64,000 nt of DNA from Patescibacteria group bacterium (lineage in GTDB: Bacteria > Patescibacteriota > Patescibacteriia > UBA2196), in NCBI GenBank assembly GCA_036845805.1, contig DAIUDD010000002.1:55868-119867 (forward strand), given 5' to 3'. How positions within the stretch are numbered: position 1 is the first letter of the stretch; every line of letters begins with the position of its first letter. The notes under the pieces are model-generated. The model had not been told where the DNA came from and made no database searches. It worked only from the letters and a program-made list of their open reading frames with translations. Shown piece after piece: positions 28,099-37,265 of the stretch. A program made the position numbers and the translations under genes.

Positions 28099-28519
28099 GG
28101 TTGTCATTCCGAGGAGTAAAGCGACGAGGAATCCCGTGTGATTACCAGCACCCCGGTTTTCCAAAATCGCTCCCAAATTAAACTTAAATCATTAAAATTT
28201 GGATTTATTAGTTTAATTAAATTTATCTTCTTTTCCCTTCTCCATCCTTTGATTTCTTTTTCTCGTTTTATAGCTTCAAGCGGTTTATTAAAACATTCAA
28301 AATAAACTAACTTATTAATATTATACCTTTTTGTAAAACCTTCTTTCTTTTTTCTTTCATGCTGTTTATCTCTATTAGGCAGATATCCAGAAATACCAGT
28401 ATAAAAAACAGTGTTTCTTTGATTAGACATGATGTAAGTACAATAATTTTTTGGTCTTTTGATTCTCATATTTGTTATGATAACACGGGATCCTTCGCTA
28501 ATCGCTCAGGATGACAACC
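28099..28519. mobile_element. Family-1 palindromic element split into two halves by a GIY-YIG nuclease gene
   Basis: Left half ggttgtcattccgaggagtaaagcgacgaggaatcccgtgtgat (28099-28142) and right half atgataacacgggatccttcgctaatcgctcaggatgacaacc (28476-28519) form a 43-bp imperfect inverted repeat; the 366-bp GIY-YIG ORF lies exactly between them. Confidence 0.5.
28104..28469 (-). CDS. GIY-YIG nuclease family protein (YhbQ/COG2827-like)
   Basis: YIMSNQRNTVFYTGISGYLPNRDKQHE...LVYFECFNKPLEAIKREKEIKGWRREKKINLI matches the GIY-YIG motifs; the last 15 codons and the stop are encoded by the repeat half. Confidence 0.8.
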   Translation of the reverse strand: MRIKRPKNYCTYIMSNQRNTVFYTGISGYLPNRDKQHERKKKEGFTKRYNINKLVYFECFNKPLEAIKREKEIKGWRREKKINLIKLINPNFNDLSLIWERFWKTGVLVITRDSSSLYSSE

Positions 28520-30259
28520 TTTAAAGTCTATGACCTTCAACTGCAGTTCGCGCGAACCATTCCACTCATTTACTCCTAATTCTAAAACCGCATCGATAAT
28601 ATCGCCAACTTTTATTTGACTCCCCCATTCAAGAGCAGTACCAAAAGAAATCGCCTTGCGTATTAAATTGTTTTGTTTCAACTGAAAACGCAAATGTTTG
28701 CCCTCCTTGCCAACAGTTGTCATGTCCACAATTTCTAGATTTTTAACTAAAAATAAAGGTGCTGGATTGGCCTCGGCAAAAGGTTCAAATTTTTTTAAAT
28801 CATCAATCAATTGCCAATCCAAATCTTTTAAATTAACCTCGGCATCAATTTCTAAAGTCGGTATTAACTCGACATCTTTTAATTTTTCACTAGCTAATTT
28901 TTTAATTTTTTCAACAAATTTTTGATAATTAGCCTCCCCTTTTATGCCCAAACCGCAAGCTTGGCTATGCCCGCCAAAACGTTCTAAAAATTCAGAGCAC
29001 TGCCCCAAAGCTTCGGTAATATTAAATTCTTTAATGCTTCTGCCCGAGCCAGCCATAATGCCATTATTTAAAGTAAATAAAATTATTGGCCGATTGTATT
29101 TATCTTTTAATTTACCCGCTACCAAACCTAAAAGTCCGTGCAACCAATTTTTATTAAAAATAATTATAATTTTTTCTTTATCATCAAGTGTTTTCAGGCT
29201 TTCCTCAACTTCCATTAGCATTTGCTCGGCAATTTTTTGTCGTTCCAAATTTTTTTCCTGAATATCGCGAGCCAAAGCAATGGCTTCCAATTCGTCTTCA
29301 GTAGTCAGCAAATTATAGGCCAAATTAGCATGGTCAATTCGGCCAGCGGCATTAATTCTTGGCACTAATTGAAAACTAATATTTCTCACATCTAAATCAT
29401 ATAATATAGAGCCGAGCGGCAAATCTTTTAATTCGTCGCCATTGGATAAACTACTCACGCGAATAAGTTCTTGCAAGCCCTTGCGCGGAGTTTTATTTAA
29501 AACCTTTAAACCATAAGATACCAGGGTTCTATTTTCGCCCAAAATTGGCGACACATCGCCGATGGTGCCAATAGCTACCAGATCTAAAAGCCATTTTTCA
29601 AAAGCCAAATATTGTTCTGGATTTTCTGCTGATAAAAATAAGGCTTGAGATAATTTATAAGCCACTCCAACGCCAGCCAGTTTTTTAAATGGATATGGCT
29701 CATTTTGCAAAGAACAATCTAAAATAGCTAAAGCTTCTGGTAATTTTTCTCCGGCCAAATGATGGTCAGTAATAATAGTATCAATTTTATTTTTTTTAAG
29801 TTCAGCTATAGCTTCCAAATTGGTAATGCCACAATCAACAGTGATAACTAAATCTATTTTATCAGCGATTATTTTTTGTACAACTAAATTATTCAGACCA
29901 TAACCTTCAATATCGCGGTGGGGAATATAAATAGCAACATATTTTGCGCCAAGTTTTTTTAAACTTTTTTCTACCACTACTGTAGCTATTACTCCATCTG
30001 CATCATAATCGCCATAAATTAAAATTTTTTCCTGCTTGGCAATAGCCTGCTTAATTCTTTCCACTGCAATTTTCATATCTTTAAATAAAAATGGATCATG
30101 CAAATCTTGGGTAAAATCTGGTTTAAAAAATTCTTCAATTTTTTCCTCTGTGTCTAAACCACGATCATAAAGCAATTGCAAAATAATCCCGCCATAAGCG
30201 GGAAATTTTTTTTGCCAGTCAGAAGGCACTGGTTTTTTGATTAGCCATTTTTGAGGCAT
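28475..30259 (-). CDS. recJ: Single-stranded-DNA-specific exonuclease RecJ
   Basis: DHH motifs (ILIYGDYDADGV, ITVDCG, ITDHH) and DHHA1; the C-terminal 14 aa GCHPERLAKDPVLS and the stop codon are encoded by the right half of the palindromic element. Confidence 0.85.
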   Translation of the reverse strand: MPQKWLIKKPVPSDWQKKFPAYGGIILQLLYDRGLDTEEKIEEFFKPDFTQDLHDPFLFKDMKIAVERIKQAIAKQEKILIYGDYDADGVIATVVVEKSLKKLGAKYVAIYIPHRDIEGYGLNNLVVQKIIADKIDLVITVDCGITNLEAIAELKKNKIDTIITDHHLAGEKLPEALAILDCSLQNEPYPFKKLAGVGVAYKLSQALFLSAENPEQYLAFEKWLLDLVAIGTIGDVSPILGENRTLVSYGLKVLNKTPRKGLQELIRVSSLSNGDELKDLPLGSILYDLDVRNISFQLVPRINAAGRIDHANLAYNLLTTEDELEAIALARDIQEKNLERQKIAEQMLMEVEESLKTLDDKEKIIIIFNKNWLHGLLGLVAGKLKDKYNRPIILFTLNNGIMAGSGRSIKEFNITEALGQCSEFLERFGGHSQACGLGIKGEANYQKFVEKIKKLASEKLKDVELIPTLEIDAEVNLKDLDWQLIDDLKKFEPFAEANPAPLFLVKNLEIVDMTTVGKEGKHLRFQLKQNNLIRKAISFGTALEWGSQIKVGDIIDAVLELGVNEWNGSRELQLKVIDFKGCHPERLAKDPVLS

Positions 30260-30306
30260 GGATATCTTATCTAATTAATCCGGCTTGAAGGCCGGAGTTA
30301 CAAATT

Positions 30307-31170
30307 TTATTCAAATTCTTTCAATAATTTCTCTTTATTAAACACGATTTTTTCAGTAATGGCATTAGTGCCAGCTGTCCAATCAATTTTTTCTTCATAA
30401 ACCGGACGCTTGGTTTGATAAAAAATTCCAATGGGCAGTTTTTCTGTTTCGAGTGCTTTATCTAAGGCTAATTGATAATTATTTTTATCATAATTGGCGC
30501 CTAATTCGTAAACTCTTTGTTGATACCACTCGACAGTGTTTATTTTATTTAATGTGACACATTGTTGTAAAACATCAATATGGGAAAAGCCGGGGTGTTT
30601 AATGCCTTGCTTAATTAAATTAGTCAAATGTGATAAATTAAAAGCGGCACCACGAGCCACAAAAGTCGTACCAGAAACTAAAGATAAGGCCAAGGGATTA
30701 AATTCATGCTTGATTTCACCCCAAGGAGTAGTTTTAGTGGCCGTGCCTTCGGGAGTGGTGGGTGAAGCTTGGCCGGTAGTTAAGGAAAACAAACGGTTAT
30801 TGGCCACGATTAAAGTAATGTTGGAGTTATAACGTGCCAGATGAATTAAATGATTAGTGCCCTCCGAGTATTGATCGCCATCGCCAGCTACAGCAATCAC
30901 GGTTAAATTTTTATTAGCGATTTTAGCGCCCAAGGCCACTGGTAAAGCACGCCCGTGCAGCGAATGAAACCCATAACATTTAATGGTAGAGGCCATATTG
31001 CCAGCGCAGCCAATGCCATAAACAATCACCACGTTGTGCGAAGGAATTTGTAATTCAGATAGGGCATTTTTAATAGCGGCCATAATGCCAAAATCGCCAC
31101 AACCCGGACACCAAGTTGGTAAATAGGAAGTGTGATATGATTGAGGGGTAATTTTTTTATCTATTGACAT
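30307..31170 (-). CDS. 2-oxoacid:ferredoxin oxidoreductase beta subunit (TPP-binding)
   Basis: CPGCGDFGI TPP/Fe-S signature; GDG...N TPP motif. Confidence 0.85.
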   Translation of the reverse strand: MSIDKKITPQSYHTSYLPTWCPGCGDFGIMAAIKNALSELQIPSHNVVIVYGIGCAGNMASTIKCYGFHSLHGRALPVALGAKIANKNLTVIAVAGDGDQYSEGTNHLIHLARYNSNITLIVANNRLFSLTTGQASPTTPEGTATKTTPWGEIKHEFNPLALSLVSGTTFVARGAAFNLSHLTNLIKQGIKHPGFSHIDVLQQCVTLNKINTVEWYQQRVYELGANYDKNNYQLALDKALETEKLPIGIFYQTKRPVYEEKIDWTAGTNAITEKIVFNKEKLLKEFE

Positions 31171-31187
31171 ATTTTTTTATTTATTTT

Positions 31188-32915
31188 TTATATTTTCTCT
31201 ATTTTCCTTATTATCTCCTCCGGCCAAAAAGGTCGGCCATCGTATTTTAAAATTTTATCTTTAATTTCCAGACCAGTTTCTTCGCGAATTAATTGGCCCA
31301 ACTGGCCTTGATAATTATTTTCCACTAACACTAATTTTTTAAATTTATTTAAATGTTTATCTAGACCCAAAGGCAGTGGCCAGACATAACTAAAATGCAT
31401 GACATTAATTTTTTTCTTTGACACTTTGACGCTCTGGCACTCTGACACTGCGTTTAGACACGGTCCCAGCATCGAACCCCAACAGACGAGTGTAATATCA
31501 GCGTCGACATCACCATACAAAGTGGGCAAAGGTATTTCTTTTTTTAACTCGGCTAATTTTTTCATTCTTTTTTCAGTGTTATGTTTTTTATTTTCTGCTT
31601 CTTCGTTAGTCAAACCAAACTCATCATGCTCATCAGAATTGGCAATATATTCGCCGCCGGCGACACTGGGAATAGTACGCGATGAAATACCATCTTTTTC
31701 TAATTTATAACGGGCAAATAAATTTTCATTTTGCCTTGACAATTGATACTGAACACTGGATACTTTTTTTTCAACCTGATTAAATATTTTTTCAGATACA
31801 GTATAAGATGATTCACCTAAAAATTTGTCAGACAAAACAAAAACGGGAATTTGATATTTGTCAGCTAAATTAAAAGCTTTTTGAGTTAAAATAAAACATT
31901 CTTCGGGGTTGCCCGGTGCTAAAACCGCACGCGCAAATTCACCATGGGCAGCATTAATCACATATTTTAAATCGCCTTGCTCGGTCCAAGTGGGCAGTCC
32001 AGTGGCCGGAGCTGGCCGCATCACTTCAAAAATAACTACGGGTAATTCTAATTGCCCAGCTAATGACAAACCCTCGTTCATTAAAGCAAAACCACCGCCA
32101 GAAGTACCGGTAGCTGCGCGCGCACCAGCAAAAGAAGCGCCCAAAGCAGCGTGAATAGCGGCGATCTCATCTTCCGCTTGATGCGCGATAATGCCAGTTT
32201 CTTTTTCTTTGGCCACCAAATAATGCAAAACTTCGGTGGCTGGCGTCATAGGATAAGCACTATAAAATTGACAACCAGAAGCAATGGCACCCAGTGCACA
32301 AGCTTGATTACCAGTCATTAACAAACTATTGTTTTTTTTCTTTAAACCTTTCATACTATATTCATTTGTGTTAGTCGTTTTATTGGCTTTTCCCCACTCA
32401 TAACCAAGATTAAAAGCATTTTTATTTTGTTCAACTACATCGCCCTTATGACCAAAAGATTCTTCAATAATGTCATTGATAATATTAGGGGAATAATCCA
32501 ATAATCCCAGCGCCACGCCAATAGCTACAGTATTTTTCATTAACTCCCCACCGCTTTTTTTTGCTAATTCTACTAAAGAAACTCTGACTATGTTGTCACC
32601 TTTGCGCAAGCGAAGGTCCGGTGCCACGCTTTCATCACAAATTATAATGGCCTTATTGTTTAGATTGTGTTGTTCTTTCTCTAGAGCCTCTTTGGTTAAA
32701 GCAATCAATAAGTCACATTTTTCTGAGGCGGAATGAATGGGCTCAAGAGAAACATCTATTTGAAAAGTATTGTGTCCGCCGCGGATAAGTGAAGGATATT
32801 CAGTATAGGCAAAAACATTTGCGCCTGAGCGTAAAAAATACTTGGCTAAAATTTGTCCGGTGACTTTAATGCCAAAGCCAGCTGGGCCGACAATCTTAAT
32901 GGAAAAATTATTCAT
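31188..32915 (-). CDS. 2-oxoacid:ferredoxin oxidoreductase alpha subunit with fused N-terminal gamma domain; contains an in-frame family-4 repeat
   Basis: Gamma-like N-terminus (IVGPAGFGIKVTGQILA), alpha core; the repeat at 31418-31462 encodes VSECQSVKVSKKK. Confidence 0.85.
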   Translation of the reverse strand: MNNFSIKIVGPAGFGIKVTGQILAKYFLRSGANVFAYTEYPSLIRGGHNTFQIDVSLEPIHSASEKCDLLIALTKEALEKEQHNLNNKAIIICDESVAPDLRLRKGDNIVRVSLVELAKKSGGELMKNTVAIGVALGLLDYSPNIINDIIEESFGHKGDVVEQNKNAFNLGYEWGKANKTTNTNEYSMKGLKKKNNSLLMTGNQACALGAIASGCQFYSAYPMTPATEVLHYLVAKEKETGIIAHQAEDEIAAIHAALGASFAGARAATGTSGGGFALMNEGLSLAGQLELPVVIFEVMRPAPATGLPTWTEQGDLKYVINAAHGEFARAVLAPGNPEECFILTQKAFNLADKYQIPVFVLSDKFLGESSYTVSEKIFNQVEKKVSSVQYQLSRQNENLFARYKLEKDGISSRTIPSVAGGEYIANSDEHDEFGLTNEEAENKKHNTEKRMKKLAELKKEIPLPTLYGDVDADITLVCWGSMLGPCLNAVSECQSVKVSKKKINVMHFSYVWPLPLGLDKHLNKFKKLVLVENNYQGQLGQLIREETGLEIKDKILKYDGRPFWPEEIIRKIEKI

Positions 32916-32982
32916 AAAAATTATTTATTTTTTAATTAAATTTTGTGAAAGAAGAGAGGGATTTAAGAGATAAGATTTAAGA

Positions 32983-33015
32983 GCGAAAAAATTGTAAAAC
33001 AATTTTTTCGCATTC
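32983..33015. terminator. Hairpin terminator (gcgaaaaaattgtaaaacaattttttcgc) downstream of ackA
   Basis: Perfect palindrome flanked by A-run and T-run. Confidence 0.55.
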
Positions 33016-33029
33016 ATAATTCATAATTC

Positions 33030-34121
33030 TTAAATCGTAATTCTTTGAATTTCCCTGGCTATCGCTAATTCCTCATGCGGTTGGACTACTACGATCTCAA
33101 TTCCTTCCAATATTTTCATTTTATCACAAATTTTACGGCGTGTCTGGGGTTGGCCAGCACCAATTTTTCCCGTAAAAACTATGGCGTCAGCGCCACCTAA
33201 AAGCGCCAAATAACCACCAAGATATTTTTTAATCCGTTGAATAAACATTTCAAAAGCCAACTTAGCTCGTGGCTCACCAAAGCCAACTGCTTTTAACAAT
33301 TCTAAATAATCATTATAGCCGCTAATACCTTTAATGCCAGAGGAAAAATTAAGTAATTTTTTGGTTTCAATAATCGCCTGTTCCGCAGACAAATTACTGC
33401 GTAAAAATCCTTGCAAAATTTCTAAAACCACCGCCGGATCAAGGTCGCCGGTTCGAGTTAACATCATTAATCCCTCCAGAGGAGTAAAGCCCATGGAAGT
33501 ATCGATTGGTCTGCCTTTTTCAATGGCCGCAATTGAACAACCGCCACCTAAATGTATGGTAATTAATTTGGCTTGATTAAGATCTAAACTCAATTCTTCA
33601 CAAGCTTTTTTGGCGGCATAACAATGGGAAGTGCCATGAAAACCAAATTTCTTTAAGCCAAATTTTTCATAATAAGGCCAAGGCAAAGGATAAATTTTGC
33701 TGGCTAAGGGCAAATCTTTAAAAAAGGCTGTATCAAAAACGGCGTAATTTTTTATAGCTGGTAAATATTCCATAGCAGCTTTGATGCCAGCTAAATTATA
33801 GGGGTTATGAAGTGGAGCCAGATCGTTTAGTTTTTCAAGCGCCTCAATTATTTCGGTGGTAACAAGCGTATTTTCTTGAAAAACATCACCGCCATGAACA
33901 AACCGATGACCGATAACTTCGATTTCACTAGTATCCCCAACCGCGCGCAGGGCCTCGCGAAAAATTTTATTAATTTCGGTTTGCAAATCACTCGCCGTCT
34001 TTGGCTTTAATTCATAAGCACCTTTTTTAAGCGACGCAAAACTTTCACTGTCAAACAGTTCGAATTTAAAAGAAGTGGAGCCGAGATTAAAAACTAAAAT
34101 GTTTTTCATTAGGGTTGTCAT
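33030..34121 (-). CDS. ackA: Acetate/butyrate kinase family protein
   Basis: ILVFNLGSTSFKFELF, HRFVHGG, APLHNP are acetokinase motifs; 363 aa is on the short side. Confidence 0.75.
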   Translation of the reverse strand: MTTLMKNILVFNLGSTSFKFELFDSESFASLKKGAYELKPKTASDLQTEINKIFREALRAVGDTSEIEVIGHRFVHGGDVFQENTLVTTEIIEALEKLNDLAPLHNPYNLAGIKAAMEYLPAIKNYAVFDTAFFKDLPLASKIYPLPWPYYEKFGLKKFGFHGTSHCYAAKKACEELSLDLNQAKLITIHLGGGCSIAAIEKGRPIDTSMGFTPLEGLMMLTRTGDLDPAVVLEILQGFLRSNLSAEQAIIETKKLLNFSSGIKGISGYNDYLELLKAVGFGEPRAKLAFEMFIQRIKKYLGGYLALLGGADAIVFTGKIGAGQPQTRRKICDKMKILEGIEIVVVQPHEELAIAREIQRITI

Positions 34122-34181
34122 CCTGAACTCCGATGAATATCGAAGTGATAGGATCCCGTATTATATTAGGGGTAATTATTT

Positions 34182-34751
34182 TTAAGTTATCAAAAATCCA
34201 AACCCGCACACTTTTCCTAACCCGCAAGCATTAGCTTCATCGGTATCAAGATGGCAAGACAAGCTATATTTATTTTCTGGCCGCACAACCACATTATCAA
34301 AAATCAAACCGCGAGCACCAATAATTTCTACTTTTACCAGCTGCCCCTTTTTCAAACCCAATTTTTTGGCTTCACTGGTTAAACAATGCAGATGTCTTTT
34401 AGGCACCATGGCTTTTACTTTAATTGTACCCCGTGGGCCTTTAATTGCCAATTGAGGCTTAATTTTTTTTAAATCACCAGACAAAGTTATCGGCGCTTCA
34501 ATACCTAAACGGATAGCATCGGTCAATGCCAATTCCACTTGGCTTTCCGGCCGTACTGGACCAACCACGCGAAATTTATAGCGCGGATCATCGACAGTCG
34601 ACACTTCTTCTGCGGCCGCAAACTGGCCATGCTGGGATAAATCTTTCTTCTTTTTCAATTGATAATTTTTGCCAAAAAGTTTTTCTAAATCTTTTTGACT
34701 TAAATGAATGTGCCGGGCCGACACTTCCACCGAAATTTTTATTTTTTTCAT
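34182..34751 (-). CDS. PduL-like phosphate acetyl/propanoyl-transferase
   Basis: Two PduL repeats, each with an (E)VSARHIHLS-type motif. Confidence 0.75.
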   Translation of the reverse strand: MKKIKISVEVSARHIHLSQKDLEKLFGKNYQLKKKKDLSQHGQFAAAEEVSTVDDPRYKFRVVGPVRPESQVELALTDAIRLGIEAPITLSGDLKKIKPQLAIKGPRGTIKVKAMVPKRHLHCLTSEAKKLGLKKGQLVKVEIIGARGLIFDNVVVRPENKYSLSCHLDTDEANACGLGKVCGFGFLIT

Positions 34752-34758
34752 AGATGCT

Positions 34759-34852
34759 AATTGTCATCCTGAACGATTAGTGAAGGATCTCATTTAAATT
34801 CTTCGCTGAGTTTCGATCACGAGTACTCGGAACTCCACTAAGAATGACAATA
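34759..34852. mobile_element. Family-1 MITE-like element (TIRs aattgtcatcc / gaatgacaat)
   Basis: About 94 bp with 10-bp terminal inverted repeats. Confidence 0.6.
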
Positions 34853-34863
34853 AAAATAATTAA

Positions 34864-36186
34864 TTAATTTTTATTTAAATATTCTTCTAATTTACTGCTA
34901 GCAACAATCTGACCGCCCAATCTGGCAATAATACCTTTTAAATTATAAGAGGTTCTACCAAGACCGGCTGGCATTACCCACGATAATCTTCTGACTCTGG
35001 TGCCGTAATCAAATAAATTTGGATCTAATTCCTGATTAGCAAATAAATATAAAGTATGACTGACTGAGTTCCATTTTAAATAACCAGCGCCAACAGATTG
35101 AGCGGCGATCGCGCCACCAGTTAATTCGCTATCAACATCAATAACAATTTTACCAAATTTACTATCTATAATATAACCATTGGCCAAAAGTTCTTTTAAC
35201 TTTTCCGAGGAAGAATCAACAACTCTCTTTTGTTTTTCTTGATTATTTACAATTTTACCATGTTTGTCAGTATAGATAAAACCATATTTTTTTAATTCCT
35301 GGTCAGATAATTGGCGGAGATAATCTCCGTCCGTTTCTTTAAAAAATTTCCACAAATTTTCAAAAGTCATAAATCGATTCAAACCCAAAATAGTACGATC
35401 TGATTGATAAAAATGTTTAGGGTCACCCAAAGCCTGATAACCGTAACTATCAACCAAATCAACAAATTTGATCAACTTAATTAGTTTGTTTCTTTCCCCT
35501 GTTGACAGGGGTGCATTTTCAAAATTCTGAGAACTGCTTAAAAGACCAAGTTTATCCAGTAATTTAAAAACCATGCCGGCAGCAGAAGGTTCCATAGATT
35601 CTGGATGATGATCAATAATTAAACCTAATCGCCACCAAAAATCACTCTTATTTAATTTTATGATTTTTTCTTGATCTGATAAATCAATCGTTTCCAGCTG
35701 GCCATCGACCTCTTTAAGTAAAGCAACTCCATCATATTGGGCAACATCCATATGAACTGTGGCTGTTTTGCGATCGGAAAATTCAGGATATGAAATTTTT
35801 TCTTTGCTTAACTTCCAACCAGCTAGTTTGAGCAGCCCCAAACAAGTTTTGCCATCTAAATCCGGGTAAGCGGCAATAATTCTGTGGCCGTCTTTATCAA
35901 TAGTTGGTGAACCGTGGACGGCTAATTGAGAAAGAACATGGGGTAAAATCTTTTTTAATTTATTACGTAAATTATTTTCCGCCGCTAATCTGTTTGACCA
36001 ATCATGTCTCATCTTTTCTATAACAGTTGGACCTTTTCCTAAATATTTCTGTTTAATGATTTTTTCCAATTCTCTTTGGATTTTATCTTCTACCCAGGAA
36101 TCAACCGCGGTTTCCCAAGTTTCTTTTGGATCACTTTCAATTTTAGTTGATGTTGGGTCTATTTTTTCCAATGATTTATTTAGCAT
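34864..36186 (-). CDS. DHH-family phosphoesterase-like protein (440 aa)
   Basis: Motif I AAYPDLDGKTCLG and motif III LIIDHHPE; the rest is divergent; contains a small in-frame hairpin (cccctgttgacagggg). Confidence 0.5.
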   Translation of the reverse strand: MLNKSLEKIDPTSTKIESDPKETWETAVDSWVEDKIQRELEKIIKQKYLGKGPTVIEKMRHDWSNRLAAENNLRNKLKKILPHVLSQLAVHGSPTIDKDGHRIIAAYPDLDGKTCLGLLKLAGWKLSKEKISYPEFSDRKTATVHMDVAQYDGVALLKEVDGQLETIDLSDQEKIIKLNKSDFWWRLGLIIDHHPESMEPSAAGMVFKLLDKLGLLSSSQNFENAPLSTGERNKLIKLIKFVDLVDSYGYQALGDPKHFYQSDRTILGLNRFMTFENLWKFFKETDGDYLRQLSDQELKKYGFIYTDKHGKIVNNQEKQKRVVDSSSEKLKELLANGYIIDSKFGKIVIDVDSELTGGAIAAQSVGAGYLKWNSVSHTLYLFANQELDPNLFDYGTRVRRLSWVMPAGLGRTSYNLKGIIARLGGQIVASSKLEEYLNKN

Positions 36187-36192
36187 AAAATA

Positions 36193-37083
36193 TTATAAAA
36201 TTTTTATGGCTATTAAAGTGCGCTCGTGACCATATTTACTTGGATCTTTATTAATTAATTCCTTTTCCAAAAGAAACAAAGATCTTTGATTTTTGTTCCT
36301 AATAAATTCAATAAATCTGCTTTCAGCCAAATATTCATAATAACCATCGGTACCTAAAACAATCAAATCTTCTGATGCTAACTTTATTTTACCACAATCT
36401 AAATATTTAATGGCTTTTTCTTCGCCCGTAACAACGCCATAACCAATCTTTTTACTATTTTTAAAACCATTGCGTAAAAATCGGCGAATAAAAATATGTT
36501 TGGCATTTTCATCAAAAATTTTAGACATTTTCATAAAGCGCCAACCATCAGGCGAACAAAATTTTTGTTTGCCTTGTTTATCAAACACAGCCACAAAAGC
36601 GTCGGCAATAGTACTCCAATATAAATAATTATCTTTTAAGATTACATTGGCCGCAGTGCAAGCAAATAAATCAAAATCTAGGTAATTTATCTTGTTCTTA
36701 ATTCGACCATGAGAATCATTAATTTTTTTAACAGCCTGATTACCAAATTTAAAAATGTCTTTTAGAGAATTTAAATTAAAATTATCATATAACTGGCTGC
36801 TCTTTTTTACTGACTGTTTGGCAAATATATCAGCCACTAAATAGGCCCCGGAAGGATTAGGATAGCCAAATTCTCTTTTAGGATCAAGGGTAACGCCGTC
36901 GGTAACACAAAAAATGGGAAATTTTTTGCTAAAACACAAGGAATCTTCTTGTGGCCAATTTTTATATTGGTATAATTTTTGAATACTTTTTTCTTTTATT
37001 TTAGCCGAGTATCTTTTTTTGGCTAAATTAAAAAAATCTCGAGACACTGGTCGATAAATAGAAAAAAAATGATACTTTAACAT
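36193..37083 (-). CDS. Hypothetical protein, distantly PP2C/SpoIIE-like
   Basis: FCVTDGVT... and LIVLGTDGYYEYL resemble PPM phosphatase metal-binding motifs; weak. Confidence 0.35.
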   Translation of the reverse strand: MLKYHFFSIYRPVSRDFFNLAKKRYSAKIKEKSIQKLYQYKNWPQEDSLCFSKKFPIFCVTDGVTLDPKREFGYPNPSGAYLVADIFAKQSVKKSSQLYDNFNLNSLKDIFKFGNQAVKKINDSHGRIKNKINYLDFDLFACTAANVILKDNYLYWSTIADAFVAVFDKQGKQKFCSPDGWRFMKMSKIFDENAKHIFIRRFLRNGFKNSKKIGYGVVTGEEKAIKYLDCGKIKLASEDLIVLGTDGYYEYLAESRFIEFIRNKNQRSLFLLEKELINKDPSKYGHERTLIAIKIL

Positions 37084-37124
37084 GTTTTTTTAAATCTTGA
37101 TTTAATAATTTGTTCTTTACCACA

Positions 37125-37265
37125 CTACGGACAAAACCAATCTTTTCTTTTATTTGGGGCATCGCCAATCCCCCACCATTTATGACAATGCCCACAATTA
37201 AAATGATAAAATTTTTCCAAACTTACCCGGCCAGTAATTTTTTTATTTTTTATTTTATTTTTCAT
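37125..37265 (-). CDS. Small zinc-ribbon-like ORF (46 aa) ending at an in-frame TAG inside a would-be CPxCG motif; possibly a pseudogene or a stop-codon readthrough gene
   Basis: MKNKIKNKKITGRVSLEKFYHFNCGHCHKWWGIGDAPNKRKDWFCP-TAG-CGKEQIIKSRFKKTC-TAA; the ATG overlaps the TGA of the upstream gene (ATGA); the TAA abuts the ATG of the 36193 gene. Confidence 0.35.
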   Translation of the reverse strand: MKNKIKNKKITGRVSLEKFYHFNCGHCHKWWGIGDAPNKRKDWFCP

